DNA from: Reclinomonas americana ATCC 50394
Lineage: Eukaryota
Length of the DNA stretch: 64,000 bases
Assembly (NCBI GenBank): GCA_048213135.1
Contig: PS015009.1
Location: forward strand, 496,001-560,000
Direction: 5' to 3'
The translations under genes were made by a program, and so were the position numbers. Each line of letters starts with the position of its first letter. Position 1 is the stretch's first letter. This document shows, in pieces, positions 1 to 9,613 of the stretch. Below the pieces are notes generated by a model that ran no database searches, was not told the DNA's origin, and saw only the letters and a list, made by a program, of their open reading frames with translations.

Positions 1-2
1 TG

Positions 3-416
3 GTGGCCGGATTGATCGCTTTCAAATTCACGACCAACTATCTCAGTTCCGACATCGAAAAAATAACAACAGAGAATATCATCTACCAGGCTACACTGCC
101 CGGTATACAGGAGGAGGTCATATTCCGGGGACTTTACCTGGCCCTGCTGGTCAATGCTTTTTCTGAAAGCAGCCAATCATTTCTCCGCGGAACAGGTGTT
201 TATGGTGTACTGCTCATCCTGCTGTTCGCCCTCGTACACGCTGTGGAGATCGGTAACGGGTTTAAGTTTCATTTTAATGTGGTACTGTTTTTCTCTTCCG
301 CGCTGGCCGGTTGGGTGTATACCTGGTTACGACAACGCAGCGGATCACTGGTACCGCCAATCATCGGTCATAATCTTACGAACCTGTCCATCAGCATAGC
401 CCAACTGCTCAAATGA
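3..416 (+). CDS. CPBP/CAAX (Abi) family intramembrane metalloprotease, 5'-truncated by the window edge
   Basis: Motifs QEEVIFRG, FALVH and GHNLTN match the EExxxR / FxxxH / HxxxN signature; hydrophobic helices; stop overlaps the next ATG (ATGA). Confidence 0.9.
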   Translation: MAGLIAFKFTTNYLSSDIEKITTENIIYQATLPGIQEEVIFRGLYLALLVNAFSESSQSFLRGTGVYGVLLILLFALVHAVEIGNGFKFHFNVVLFFSSALAGWVYTWLRQRSGSLVPPIIGHNLTNLSISIAQLLK

Positions 417-3400
417 AGGAGAACAGCACATATGAACATTTTGATTTCGCGGTGCTGAGAACCCCGTTGCTTCCGATGTATACGGCAGTGAACGGGAAAA
501 AACGGTTGTTTATTTCCGATTCGGATGATTATGCTACCTTATTCAGTAAATTATCATCCCCTCACTTTGAAGAAGCATTGCTCATCTCTTCATCTGACCT
601 GTACCAGGAATACCTGAAAATAAAATCCGAAGGCGTTAACGAGGAAAATAAAAGTGCTCTGCGTAAACTGATCTGTTATTTCCTCCGCATGTCGGCACGG
701 GCCACCCCTTATGGTATATCTGCCGGTGTTTCGGCGCTGACCATTAGCGACCAGACCTCAATCCGGATCGGCAATATGGAGGAGCACCGGAAAAAAGCCA
801 GCATCAACTTCGATTACATCACGGGCAAAATGAAAGGGTTGATGAAAGAGGAGGCTTTTGTAAAAAAGCAGACCTACTATGCCAACAATACCGTTTACGT
901 CAACTTTAATGGCATACACTTTAACCGCATCAACCTCCCACCCTATACACAATCCGTAATCGGTTACTCACAGCTGATCATGGACCTCCTCGGTTTTGCA
1001 AAGCATGGCAAACATTTCGATGAGCTGGTCGGCTATATCACCACTGCCCTGCAGCAACCGGCCGACGCAGCAGCAGCTTTCATTATTAAACTGGTCTCGA
1101 TTGAACTGCTGACGCCGGATATTCTGCCTTCGCTTTTTTCAAAAGACATCAATGGCGCTTTCTGGGGCAAACTGAATAACGCCGCATCATTGAATGGATT
1201 GGGTAAAGTTGCCCTGCAAATGGAAACAATCAAACAGGAAAGTATCGGCAACAGCATCGGCACGTTCAAAGACATCACCGAATCTCTTTCACTTGAAGGC
1301 ATAAATAATTACCTGCATTTTACATCTGCCTATTGCCTGGAAGATAACCGGGTTGATGCCCGTGTCGCAAATGATATCAGCAACCTGCTTGTTTTTCTTT
1401 GTAAACTGCGCGGGCAGAAAGGCAATGCCTACCTCCGGCAGTTCACCCGGCAGTTTGAGGAACGCTATGGCGATAAACAGGTATTGCTCGCCGAAGCGCT
1501 TAATGAACGTACGGGTATCGGCTATCCTCCGAGGGCAACACCGTTCATTAAAAATGATATTACCCTTGCTTTAAAGAATATCGATTTCCTGCAATCTCCC
1601 GATGGTCACCAGTGGGACAACTTCATCATCTACCTGCTCAACCGGCGGCGTTCGGTTAACAGTAAGGAGATCATACTTACAGAAGAGGACCTCAGTCTTT
1701 ACAATTGCGGATTAGCGGAAGAGGACCTCAGCAGTTCCCTTTACTGTACGTTCGGACTTATTTCAGAAAAAGAAACAGGCACAAAGGATGGCGAATACCT
1801 CATTGACTTTATGTATGCCGGCGGACCTTCCTGTATCAATTCACTTAACCGGTTTTCGGGATTGGGTGAAGAACTGGGAAGGAATATCGCGGCCTGCGCA
1901 CAGTGGGAGAATGATTATTATAAAGACCAGGGCATTAATCTGGCGGAGATCAATTTCCTGCCCCGCAATGGCATTGCCGGTAATATACTGCAACGCGGCA
2001 ATCCAAGACAATACGAGATACCCATACTCACCTGCCCTACCCCGGGAAAGCACATCATTCACCTTAACCAGGTTTACCTGGGCCTCGAAAACGGTGAACT
2101 CGTTGCCATTGATAAGGAAACCAACGAAAGAATATTGCCGGTAGCAACGGTTTTGTACGATAATCACAACACCAATTCTGTCAGCTTTAACTCCTTTCTT
2201 ACCGATCTCAATCACCAGGAAAAAATATACAACGTTCAGTGGGACTGGGGTAATATGGAGCAGGTGCTGGACCATTTCCCAAGGGTCTGCTTCAGGAATT
2301 GCGTATTGTCCAAAGAAACCTGGGTCATCAGGGTAGAAGAAAGCGGCCAGGCCGGCAGGGAAGCACTCCGATCGCTGCTGCGCCGCCGCAATATTCCTTC
2401 AAGTGTTTATTATATCGAAAAGGAAGATCATTTGCTTTTCCTGAACCTTAATAATGATCCCTGCCTTGACATCCTTGAATCGAAACTGAGAAAATACGGC
2501 AAGGTTACTTTGGTTGAAAACCTTTATACCAAAGAAGGAACTTTTATCGGCAGTCCCTCGGGATATCATGCCAATGAATTCATTCTTCCCCTGCGCTTGG
2601 GCGATGATTGTATTGCCCGAAAAAGAAGTAAGATAAAAGATGCCGGCCGGGCATTATCTTTTTCCACCAACCGAACCCGGGTAAAATTATTTTGTAATCT
2701 TTTACTGGCCGATGAACTGCTCGACAAGTTTACCGGGCATTTCTGCACTGGTCAGCCAGCCAGGCGGTTACTCCATTTTGAAAGGGTGGCGCAATCACCG
2801 CATTTGTTGCTGGTATTGGAAGACGACAGCAATAATCCTCTTACGGCCTCCCTGCTGGAAGAAGTATTCGGAGAGTACATTAAAGTCAGCCACCTGTACA
2901 GGTGGGAGATAAGCGAGGAAACAATCACATGGCCGCATATTCATGTAACCTCGCCGGATTTACAGGAAGCAGTAATGGAACAGAACACTTCCGTGATATG
3001 CGACCTGCTAAAAACAATAAAACCGCTGAAGACGCCGGATCCTTATACACTTCGCCTGCTCTGCCTGGCCGCCTTAACTGTACGGTATATAAAGATCATC
3101 AGCAAAGAAGATGTGGTAACCGCCAAACACCTGGCTGACCTGCTGCTTCAAAAAGTTGGCCGGCACGTAACAAGCGGCGGCGGCGTAATCAGGAAAAAGA
3201 TACTGGCGGGCACTTATAAAAAAATGATTGACCAGGTAGCCGGTCATTACAACTCAGAGATAAAACAGGTTAAAGATGTGATCGATACCCATGTACCATT
3301 AAGCACCCGGTTCGATTTCGGTGAAAAAGAATTACCAGTAACGGAGATGGCCAATATACTGGAAACAATAATACAATTCACCGGCAATAAATTATTGTAC

Positions 3401-3502
3401 GCTGATATGGAGCGAAGCGAATGGCTGGTATTACTTGATTTCTTAAAACAATATTTTCATTACGAACCGGTACTGGCCTTACACAGGAAAATTTCTTTGT
3501 AA
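413..3502 (+). CDS. LanB-like (class I lanthipeptide/thiopeptide-type) dehydratase with a divergent C-terminal elimination domain
   Basis: 1029 aa; LRTPLLP, YFLRMSARATPYG, FEERYG, LAEINFLP, FPRV and ANEFILPL motifs are typical of the glutamylation domain. Confidence 0.85.
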   Translation: MKENSTYEHFDFAVLRTPLLPMYTAVNGKKRLFISDSDDYATLFSKLSSPHFEEALLISSSDLYQEYLKIKSEGVNEENKSALRKLICYFLRMSARATPYGISAGVSALTISDQTSIRIGNMEEHRKKASINFDYITGKMKGLMKEEAFVKKQTYYANNTVYVNFNGIHFNRINLPPYTQSVIGYSQLIMDLLGFAKHGKHFDELVGYITTALQQPADAAAAFIIKLVSIELLTPDILPSLFSKDINGAFWGKLNNAASLNGLGKVALQMETIKQESIGNSIGTFKDITESLSLEGINNYLHFTSAYCLEDNRVDARVANDISNLLVFLCKLRGQKGNAYLRQFTRQFEERYGDKQVLLAEALNERTGIGYPPRATPFIKNDITLALKNIDFLQSPDGHQWDNFIIYLLNRRRSVNSKEIILTEEDLSLYNCGLAEEDLSSSLYCTFGLISEKETGTKDGEYLIDFMYAGGPSCINSLNRFSGLGEELGRNIAACAQWENDYYKDQGINLAEINFLPRNGIAGNILQRGNPRQYEIPILTCPTPGKHIIHLNQVYLGLENGELVAIDKETNERILPVATVLYDNHNTNSVSFNSFLTDLNHQEKIYNVQWDWGNMEQVLDHFPRVCFRNCVLSKETWVIRVEESGQAGREALRSLLRRRNIPSSVYYIEKEDHLLFLNLNNDPCLDILESKLRKYGKVTLVENLYTKEGTFIGSPSGYHANEFILPLRLGDDCIARKRSKIKDAGRALSFSTNRTRVKLFCNLLLADELLDKFTGHFCTGQPARRLLHFERVAQSPHLLLVLEDDSNNPLTASLLEEVFGEYIKVSHLYRWEISEETITWPHIHVTSPDLQEAVMEQNTSVICDLLKTIKPLKTPDPYTLRLLCLAALTVRYIKIISKEDVVTAKHLADLLLQKVGRHVTSGGGVIRKKILAGTYKKMIDQVAGHYNSEIKQVKDVIDTHVPLSTRFDFGEKELPVTEMANILETIIQFTGNKLLYADMERSEWLVLLDFLKQYFHYEPVLALHRKISL

Positions 3503-3530
3503 AGCATAAACGGCATAAAACAACTGATCA

Positions 3531-3977
3531 ATGACAAGAAAGTTATCGGCATCCAACCAGATTGAAGTACGGTTCAATGAAGTGGACTCTTACAATATTG
3601 TATGGCATGGCAACTATGCGGCTTACTTCGAATCAGGAAGGCAGGCTTTTTCCAACAAGTACGGCCTGGGGCAGAAAGAAATGATGGAAGAGGGATTTTA
3701 CCTGCCGCTTACCAAACTTGATTTCGAATTTAAAGGTCCGCTGCTGTATAACGACCGTGTCAACGTCATTACCTCTTACCGGGACTGTTTTGAAGCAAGG
3801 CTGCTGTTCGATTATGAAGTGTACCGCATATCCGACGATAAACTGGTTTGCAGGGGCACAAGCGAGCAGGCCATTGTGGGGCTCGACTGGAAGATCAGGA
3901 TATTCCCCCCGGCTTACCTGGTAGCCTGGAAGAAAAAATGGCTTGTTGAAGAAACCGTTAATAACCACATCGATTAA
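3531..3977 (+). CDS. Acyl-CoA/acyl-ACP thioesterase (4HBT/YbgC hotdog fold)
   Basis: VRFNEVDSYNIVWHGNYAAYFESGR motif. Confidence 0.9.
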   Translation: MTRKLSASNQIEVRFNEVDSYNIVWHGNYAAYFESGRQAFSNKYGLGQKEMMEEGFYLPLTKLDFEFKGPLLYNDRVNVITSYRDCFEARLLFDYEVYRISDDKLVCRGTSEQAIVGLDWKIRIFPPAYLVAWKKKWLVEETVNNHID

Positions 3978-3988
3978 AAATACGAACC

Positions 3989-5254
3989 ATGAGCGTAAGC
4001 TACTCCATTGAGAAAGTTGAGTCATCCTCCAAAGAGCCGTTGTATGTGCTGACCGTTGCAGACAGTAAAGTGTTTTATGTGGGTGAGCTTATCTGCCGGA
4101 TCATTGAAAAACTCGCGGAAGGAAAATCGAAGAACCAGATACAAAATGACCTGAATGAGCAATTCAGGGGATTGCACGAGTTCAATAAGGCGCAGATAGA
4201 TCATATCGTAGATGAGAAGATCGCCAAACTGGGCATTTTCGGGAAAGGCGGCGATGTTGCCAGGTCGACCAACTCCCCGCTTTCCAACATAAAAGGGAAA
4301 TGGACCATTACCACGTTTGAGATGATCAAACCGCTTTTGAGTGTAATGCAATATCTTTTCCGGCCTACCACCTACCTGGTGTTGTTCATTGCCTTGCTGG
4401 CCATTAACAGCTATTACATGTATATTGTTTTTACCCAGCATATACAAACCGTGAACCACATCACCAACCTGAAAGGCTGTGGAAAGGGCATGGATTTCCT
4501 GCTGATGTTCTACCCCTGCGCTTTCCTCATACTGTACATGCATGAATTGGGCCATGCTGCCGCCTCATATTGTTTTAAGGTGATCCCAAAAAATATCGGC
4601 ATGGGTTTTTACCTCATCTTTCCTGTGCTGTATACAGAACTCAATGGAGTGTGGAAGTTATCCAGGACAAAAAGAACGATCATCAATACCGCCGGCATAT
4701 TTGTTCAACTCCTGCTGAACCTTATTCTTATCGCCATCGTGTTCAATGTATCAGGCGACACCTCTAAAAAGGTTTCCCAATACCTGATACAGATGAACAT
4801 ATTTACCATGCTCCTGAACATAAACCCGTTCCTCAAATTCGACGGTTACTGGATACTGAGCGATCTTTTCAAATTTCCCAACCTCCGCCAGCAATCCAAT
4901 TATTATATCATAAAAGCGATCAACTTCCTTTTCCCGAAGATCAAGCTGAAGGTTCCGCCACAGGTGGAGGCCATTGTAAGACCACGGAATCTTTTCCTGA
5001 TCATATATTCCCTGCTCAAGTATTGCTTTATCGGTTATATACTCTATGCGCTTCCGCGGGGTGCCATCTTATCTGTAGCAAAAATGTACGAACTGGTGAG
5101 TTATAACCTCATTCAGCAACACGATTACTCTACCTGCACCATTGAAGCGATCGTTAAAACAGGCTTCGGACTATTCATCATAGGCTATTTCCTGTCTAAA
5201 CCCCTGCAATCAGTCGTACAGGTAATTGCACAAAAAGTAAAAAAACGCTCATGA
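3989..5254 (+). CDS. M50 (site-2 protease) family peptidase with an N-terminal RRE/PqqD-like domain
   Basis: HELGH zinc motif; NINPFLKFDGY (NxxPxxxxDG); several TM helices; soluble ~85-aa N-terminus. Confidence 0.85.
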   Translation: MSVSYSIEKVESSSKEPLYVLTVADSKVFYVGELICRIIEKLAEGKSKNQIQNDLNEQFRGLHEFNKAQIDHIVDEKIAKLGIFGKGGDVARSTNSPLSNIKGKWTITTFEMIKPLLSVMQYLFRPTTYLVLFIALLAINSYYMYIVFTQHIQTVNHITNLKGCGKGMDFLLMFYPCAFLILYMHELGHAAASYCFKVIPKNIGMGFYLIFPVLYTELNGVWKLSRTKRTIINTAGIFVQLLLNLILIAIVFNVSGDTSKKVSQYLIQMNIFTMLLNINPFLKFDGYWILSDLFKFPNLRQQSNYYIIKAINFLFPKIKLKVPPQVEAIVRPRNLFLIIYSLLKYCFIGYILYALPRGAILSVAKMYELVSYNLIQQHDYSTCTIEAIVKTGFGLFIIGYFLSKPLQSVVQVIAQKVKKRS

Positions 5255-6486
5255 ACGGATTCCTGACCTATCGTATGTCGCCTTTCCTGAACATCCAGGA
5301 AGTGGAGAATGGCGGCGAGAAGCTGAAAGTTTTCAACTATATCTCCGGGCGTACTTTTGAGCTGGGCACTAAAGCTGTTGAAATACTGCGTTATTTCCGG
5401 AAACCGCATACCATTCCGGAAATGAGCGATCATTTTGAACTGGAGAAAAGCACGGCACAGAGTGTGGTGGAAAACCTGTTGCAGGTAAAACTGCTGCTGG
5501 AACAGGGAAAAGAGGATGAGTTCGCGAAAGAGATCACTTTACCGGCTCAAACCCTGTTTGGCGTACCCGAAAAAGTTTCACCGCTTAACCGGGATGGTGA
5601 AAAAAGAATACGCTTTACCGGCATTCCTTTTGGAAGAGGAAATGATATCGGTTACGGTACAGAAGATTTTCCCGATCACCTCCGGAGCAAGACCCATTAC
5701 CTTCATTTTACACCAACGAATGTTGAGCACATCAATTTCGACTTTCTCGACGGTACCGGAAGCGGCGGTAACCTCAGCTCACTTTTTAAAAAAGAAAGGG
5801 TGACCGATGCCGGTAATATCTTCATCGATTTCAGTGAGTCAACGGATTTTATTTATGAGAAGATCGCCGACATTTCGGCCGACCTTTTCCGTTCGGGCGA
5901 TATCCCATTCTTCATCGGCGGCGATCATTCCATTACCTACCCTATTGTAAAAGGGGCCGCGGAAATACATGAACGTTTTTCCATCCTTCATTTTGACGCA
6001 CACTCCGATACTTCTTTCAGCAAATACGATAAAATAAAACATGTCCGTAAAACATCACACACCCATGCCAATGTGATCAGCCGTTGTATGGAACTGGAAG
6101 CGGTGGAAGCGGTCTATCATTTCGGGTTAAGGGGTATCACCAACCGTTTCGTTACGGAAGACCCCGGGCAAAAAATTTGCTGGGCTGCGGACACAGACGC
6201 GGTTATAAGCGGGCGCCAGGCAATTGAGCTCGACAGATCGCAGCGGTATTATATCACCATTGATATTGATGTCATTGATCCTTCCTATGCACCCGGCACC
6301 GGAAGCCCCACCATCAACGGAATCAGTCCGCGGCAGTTGTTTGACCTGATGAAGAAATTGTTGCCCGGGCTGGACATTATTGGCGCTGATATCGTGGAAG
6401 TAAATCCGTCAAAAGACCCGTCGGGCATTACTACGCAAACCGCCACGGAAGTGATCCTGCACCTGATGAATTACATGTACAAATGA
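5251..6486 (+). CDS. Arginase/agmatinase (ureohydrolase) family protein with an N-terminal RRE-like winged-helix extension
   Basis: GGDHS, FDAHSD, DIDVIDP, PGTGSP and DIVEVNP motifs; about 85 extra N-terminal residues. Confidence 0.9.
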   Translation: MNGFLTYRMSPFLNIQEVENGGEKLKVFNYISGRTFELGTKAVEILRYFRKPHTIPEMSDHFELEKSTAQSVVENLLQVKLLLEQGKEDEFAKEITLPAQTLFGVPEKVSPLNRDGEKRIRFTGIPFGRGNDIGYGTEDFPDHLRSKTHYLHFTPTNVEHINFDFLDGTGSGGNLSSLFKKERVTDAGNIFIDFSESTDFIYEKIADISADLFRSGDIPFFIGGDHSITYPIVKGAAEIHERFSILHFDAHSDTSFSKYDKIKHVRKTSHTHANVISRCMELEAVEAVYHFGLRGITNRFVTEDPGQKICWAADTDAVISGRQAIELDRSQRYYITIDIDVIDPSYAPGTGSPTINGISPRQLFDLMKKLLPGLDIIGADIVEVNPSKDPSGITTQTATEVILHLMNYMYK

Positions 6487-6544
6487 TACATCCCGCAATG
6501 GGGCTGATGAAACAGTGAATGAGAAGCGGGACTGGGGATGCTCC

Positions 6545-7414
6545 TTATTTACATTTATAGGAGAACAATATTTTGCTTTTGGTGGCCGGTATACTGAACT
6601 GGTCGTCGCCGTTCATCACTACGCTCAGCACATAGTTATCGCGGCTGAGCACATAAGTGCCGAATGCGGAAACGGAAGAATCCCCCCTCACCACGTTACC
6701 CGGGTCGTAATTCCTTACCACCATATTTTTCACACCATTGGAAGGGCGGTTACCGAAGTTGTAGAACTGCGTAAAGTTTTGCAGTATCCTTTCATCGGGA
6801 AAAATATAAATAAACCTTTTGGGTATGATGTTGGTGTAATAGCTCACATCCGCGTCGGTAACCAGGTCGCCGGTAAAGGCGTCTGTGGCCGTCATATGGG
6901 TAATGTTGTTGTTGGTATAGGTATAGGTCACCACGTAATAATCAATGGCGGGAGCACTGCTCAGGCGATAGTGTTTATCGGTAAGATAGCCCGCGCTGTT
7001 GTATACATAATAAACATCGTACTGTGGCGATGTGGGATCGGAAGGATCGATAAGGCCATGGAATTTATTTACCCTTTTGGTGAACAGGTCGGTCACGAAG
7101 TACTGATCAGGGTCAATAAAAACGGTATCGTTGGAATATACAGGTTGTGCATTGAAATCAAGTACAAAAGCGAGACTGTCGAAGCGGCTGATGTCAACGG
7201 CATTATCCTGTGTATTAATGATCGCCGCCAGGGAACCAATGCCAACGCCGGTAGCGCTGTCGGTATATACCATTTTGCTGATGCGGCAGTCCACACCAAC
7301 GATCAGCGGGTTATTGGTACCGTCTCCCGTATTCTCTGTACTGTATTCTTTTTCACAGGAGTAAAGTCCTGCAGCAAGAAGGAGGATAAGGGAGTATACA
7401 GTTAATCTTTTCAT
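6545..7414 (-). CDS. Lipoprotein of unknown function, beta-rich
   Basis: Lipobox LYSC followed by EKE; Tyr/Asn/Thr-rich. Confidence 0.8.
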   Translation of the reverse strand: MKRLTVYSLILLLAAGLYSCEKEYSTENTGDGTNNPLIVGVDCRISKMVYTDSATGVGIGSLAAIINTQDNAVDISRFDSLAFVLDFNAQPVYSNDTVFIDPDQYFVTDLFTKRVNKFHGLIDPSDPTSPQYDVYYVYNSAGYLTDKHYRLSSAPAIDYYVVTYTYTNNNITHMTATDAFTGDLVTDADVSYYTNIIPKRFIYIFPDERILQNFTQFYNFGNRPSNGVKNMVVRNYDPGNVVRGDSSVSAFGTYVLSRDNYVLSVVMNGDDQFSIPATKSKILFSYKCK

Positions 7415-7506
7415 CTCTTTATTTTCTGATTGCTCTGTTAAATAACGTATTTTATTTTCTGCTGTTGCCCGTTTGCCGCAATTAGCATACCATAATTAAC
7501 ATCTTT

Positions 7507-9579
7507 TTATAACTGGGCCTTGAATTTGCCGTTGGTTACGGTAAAGCTGACAGCAGACAAATTGATCACTGTTCCGCTGAACGTTCCCTGTATAATGCCA
7601 TTAACGGTGTCATAAGTTGTTACAGTTGCGCTCAGGTTGGTCAGCCCCGAGCCGGCCAGTGAGAAGAACTGCGTTGTGTTATAGGAAAAGTTCACATACT
7701 TGCCGCTGCTGGAAGTACCGGAATAACCTCCGGTTGTTATATTTCCTGCCGAATTGAACAGATCGATATTGAGGTTGCCACCGGATGTTGAGAATATATT
7801 CAGTTGTTGTGATCCGCCGAGGTCAAAAAGGATAGCGCTGCAATCACCTTCATATTTAGTGGCCCCAACAGTAAACTCCCATTTCAGATCGGTTGGCGGC
7901 GGTGTGGTACCCACTGTTACATCAAAATTGCAGGAGCCCAGTGTAAAGCTGTTGGTACCCGCTGTGGTTGGATTGCCCGTACCATTCAGTATAACGGTTT
8001 GTACACCGGTGGTACCGAATACACCACTCTTGCTGAACGTCATGCCGCCCTGCGTGGTGGTGAGTGTATAGGTACCGGTAGAAGTTACGTTCACACCAAC
8101 ACTGACTGTATTACCCGCAGTTAAAGCCGTACCCACGGTATAAGTTCCGTTTACGGTAATCGCCCCGCAGTTGATGGTATAAGCCGCTGCAGGCGGGGCG
8201 GTAACCGGTACAGAGAAAGTACAGGTGCTGCCTGCGCCATTATTGGCTGTATAATTATTGGTACCCACGGAGGCAGGTGTGCCAGTGCCTGTCAGTACAA
8301 CAGTCTGCACGCCTGTGCCGGCGAAAATGCCCGTCTTTGAAAATGAAATACCATTTACAGAGTTGGTGGTAATGGTATAAGCACCGGCCGTAGTTACGTT
8401 CACCTGCAGGCTTACTGTATTGGAAGCGCCGAGCGGGTTGCCGGTATAATAAGATCCTGCCAGCACAGCACCGGAACATGTTCCCGGAGCTCCCTGCAAT
8501 ACATAGGATGCAGGCGGCGGCGGTGGATTATAGTTCACGCTGAAAGTACAGGAAGTGCTTCCCGTACCGCTGCTGATCACATGATTGAATGCGCCCGCCG
8601 CGGCTGGTGTGCCATTGCCGGTAAGCGTAATCGTTTGTGGTCCCAGCGTGGTAAAGTTGCCGGAACCGGCGTATGTAACACCATTAACCGGCGCGGTGGT
8701 AAGGCTGTAAGAGCCCAGCGCAGTAACAGTAGCGCTTACCGTAACCGTGTTGGCAGCAGTAAGCGGTACGCCCTGGATATAAGTCCCCGCAAGCACAGCG
8801 CCGGTACAGTTACCCGGGCTGCCGCCCAATGTATAGGCGGAAGTACCCGGACCAGGCGCATTGGTATGAACAGTAAAACTGCAATTACCTGTTGGAACGG
8901 TTGCGGTATAATTGAAATCGCCTTCGGCCATGGGTGTACCCGACGCGGTGAGGGTAACGCCCTGCGTACCGGTGGTGGTAAATACACCACTGCCGGAGAA
9001 AGTAATACCGTTCAGTGAATTGGTGGTTACCGTATAGGTGCCGAGCGTGGTCACGTTCACCACAAAATTGACGAAGTTGGTATTATCAGTCGTAGTGCCC
9101 GCCTGGTAAGTACCGCCAAGCGTGAAACCCGTACAGTTACTGCCTGCGCCGCCGAGTGTATAGATGGCCGCACCGGTGGTTGTACCAAAAACAGTGATAT
9201 CGAAAGTACAGATGCTGGTACCGAATTGTATGGTGAAGGTTGACGTTCCTGCCGCGGTGGGTTTACCGCTGGCATACAAACGTATCGTATTAAGACCGGC
9301 TCCTACGGTGCCGGATTTACTGAATGAAAAACCATTGATGGTATCCGATTTGATATCGAAAGCGCCGATATTGTCGGCGGTCAGCTGTACATCCACATAA
9401 TGATCGGAAGTGAGCACACTGTCTACCCGGTAAATGCCATTCACGGCGATGGGAGCACAATTGCCGGCGCCATCTTTCTGAAACCTGCCGGTAACCACAT
9501 CGGAAGTCAGTTCTTTATTACATGCGCCCAGCAGCAGGGCCAGCAGCATCATTCCCAGGAACCAGTGTAATCTTTTCAT
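7507..9579 (-). CDS. Surface lipoprotein with five ~110-aa Cys-paired beta repeats and a distinct C-terminal domain
   Basis: Lipobox LGAC-NKE; repeats of C..GTY..G..NTV..VNVT..G.Y..NG..FS..G..Q..L..GTP..C.F.V. Confidence 0.85.
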   Translation of the reverse strand: MKRLHWFLGMMLLALLLGACNKELTSDVVTGRFQKDGAGNCAPIAVNGIYRVDSVLTSDHYVDVQLTADNIGAFDIKSDTINGFSFSKSGTVGAGLNTIRLYASGKPTAAGTSTFTIQFGTSICTFDITVFGTTTGAAIYTLGGAGSNCTGFTLGGTYQAGTTTDNTNFVNFVVNVTTLGTYTVTTNSLNGITFSGSGVFTTTGTQGVTLTASGTPMAEGDFNYTATVPTGNCSFTVHTNAPGPGTSAYTLGGSPGNCTGAVLAGTYIQGVPLTAANTVTVSATVTALGSYSLTTAPVNGVTYAGSGNFTTLGPQTITLTGNGTPAAAGAFNHVISSGTGSTSCTFSVNYNPPPPPASYVLQGAPGTCSGAVLAGSYYTGNPLGASNTVSLQVNVTTAGAYTITTNSVNGISFSKTGIFAGTGVQTVVLTGTGTPASVGTNNYTANNGAGSTCTFSVPVTAPPAAAYTINCGAITVNGTYTVGTALTAGNTVSVGVNVTSTGTYTLTTTQGGMTFSKSGVFGTTGVQTVILNGTGNPTTAGTNSFTLGSCNFDVTVGTTPPPTDLKWEFTVGATKYEGDCSAILFDLGGSQQLNIFSTSGGNLNIDLFNSAGNITTGGYSGTSSSGKYVNFSYNTTQFFSLAGSGLTNLSATVTTYDTVNGIIQGTFSGTVINLSAVSFTVTNGKFKAQL

Positions 9580-9613
9580 TGTTGTGTTCTGTATTGATTG
9601 GTGATGTATATCG

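Noticed and set aside
6515-7405. 296-aa plus-strand ORF after the arginase as a sixth cluster gene
   Set aside because: It is the antisense shadow of the minus-strand lipoprotein 6545-7414 and has no recognisable motifs
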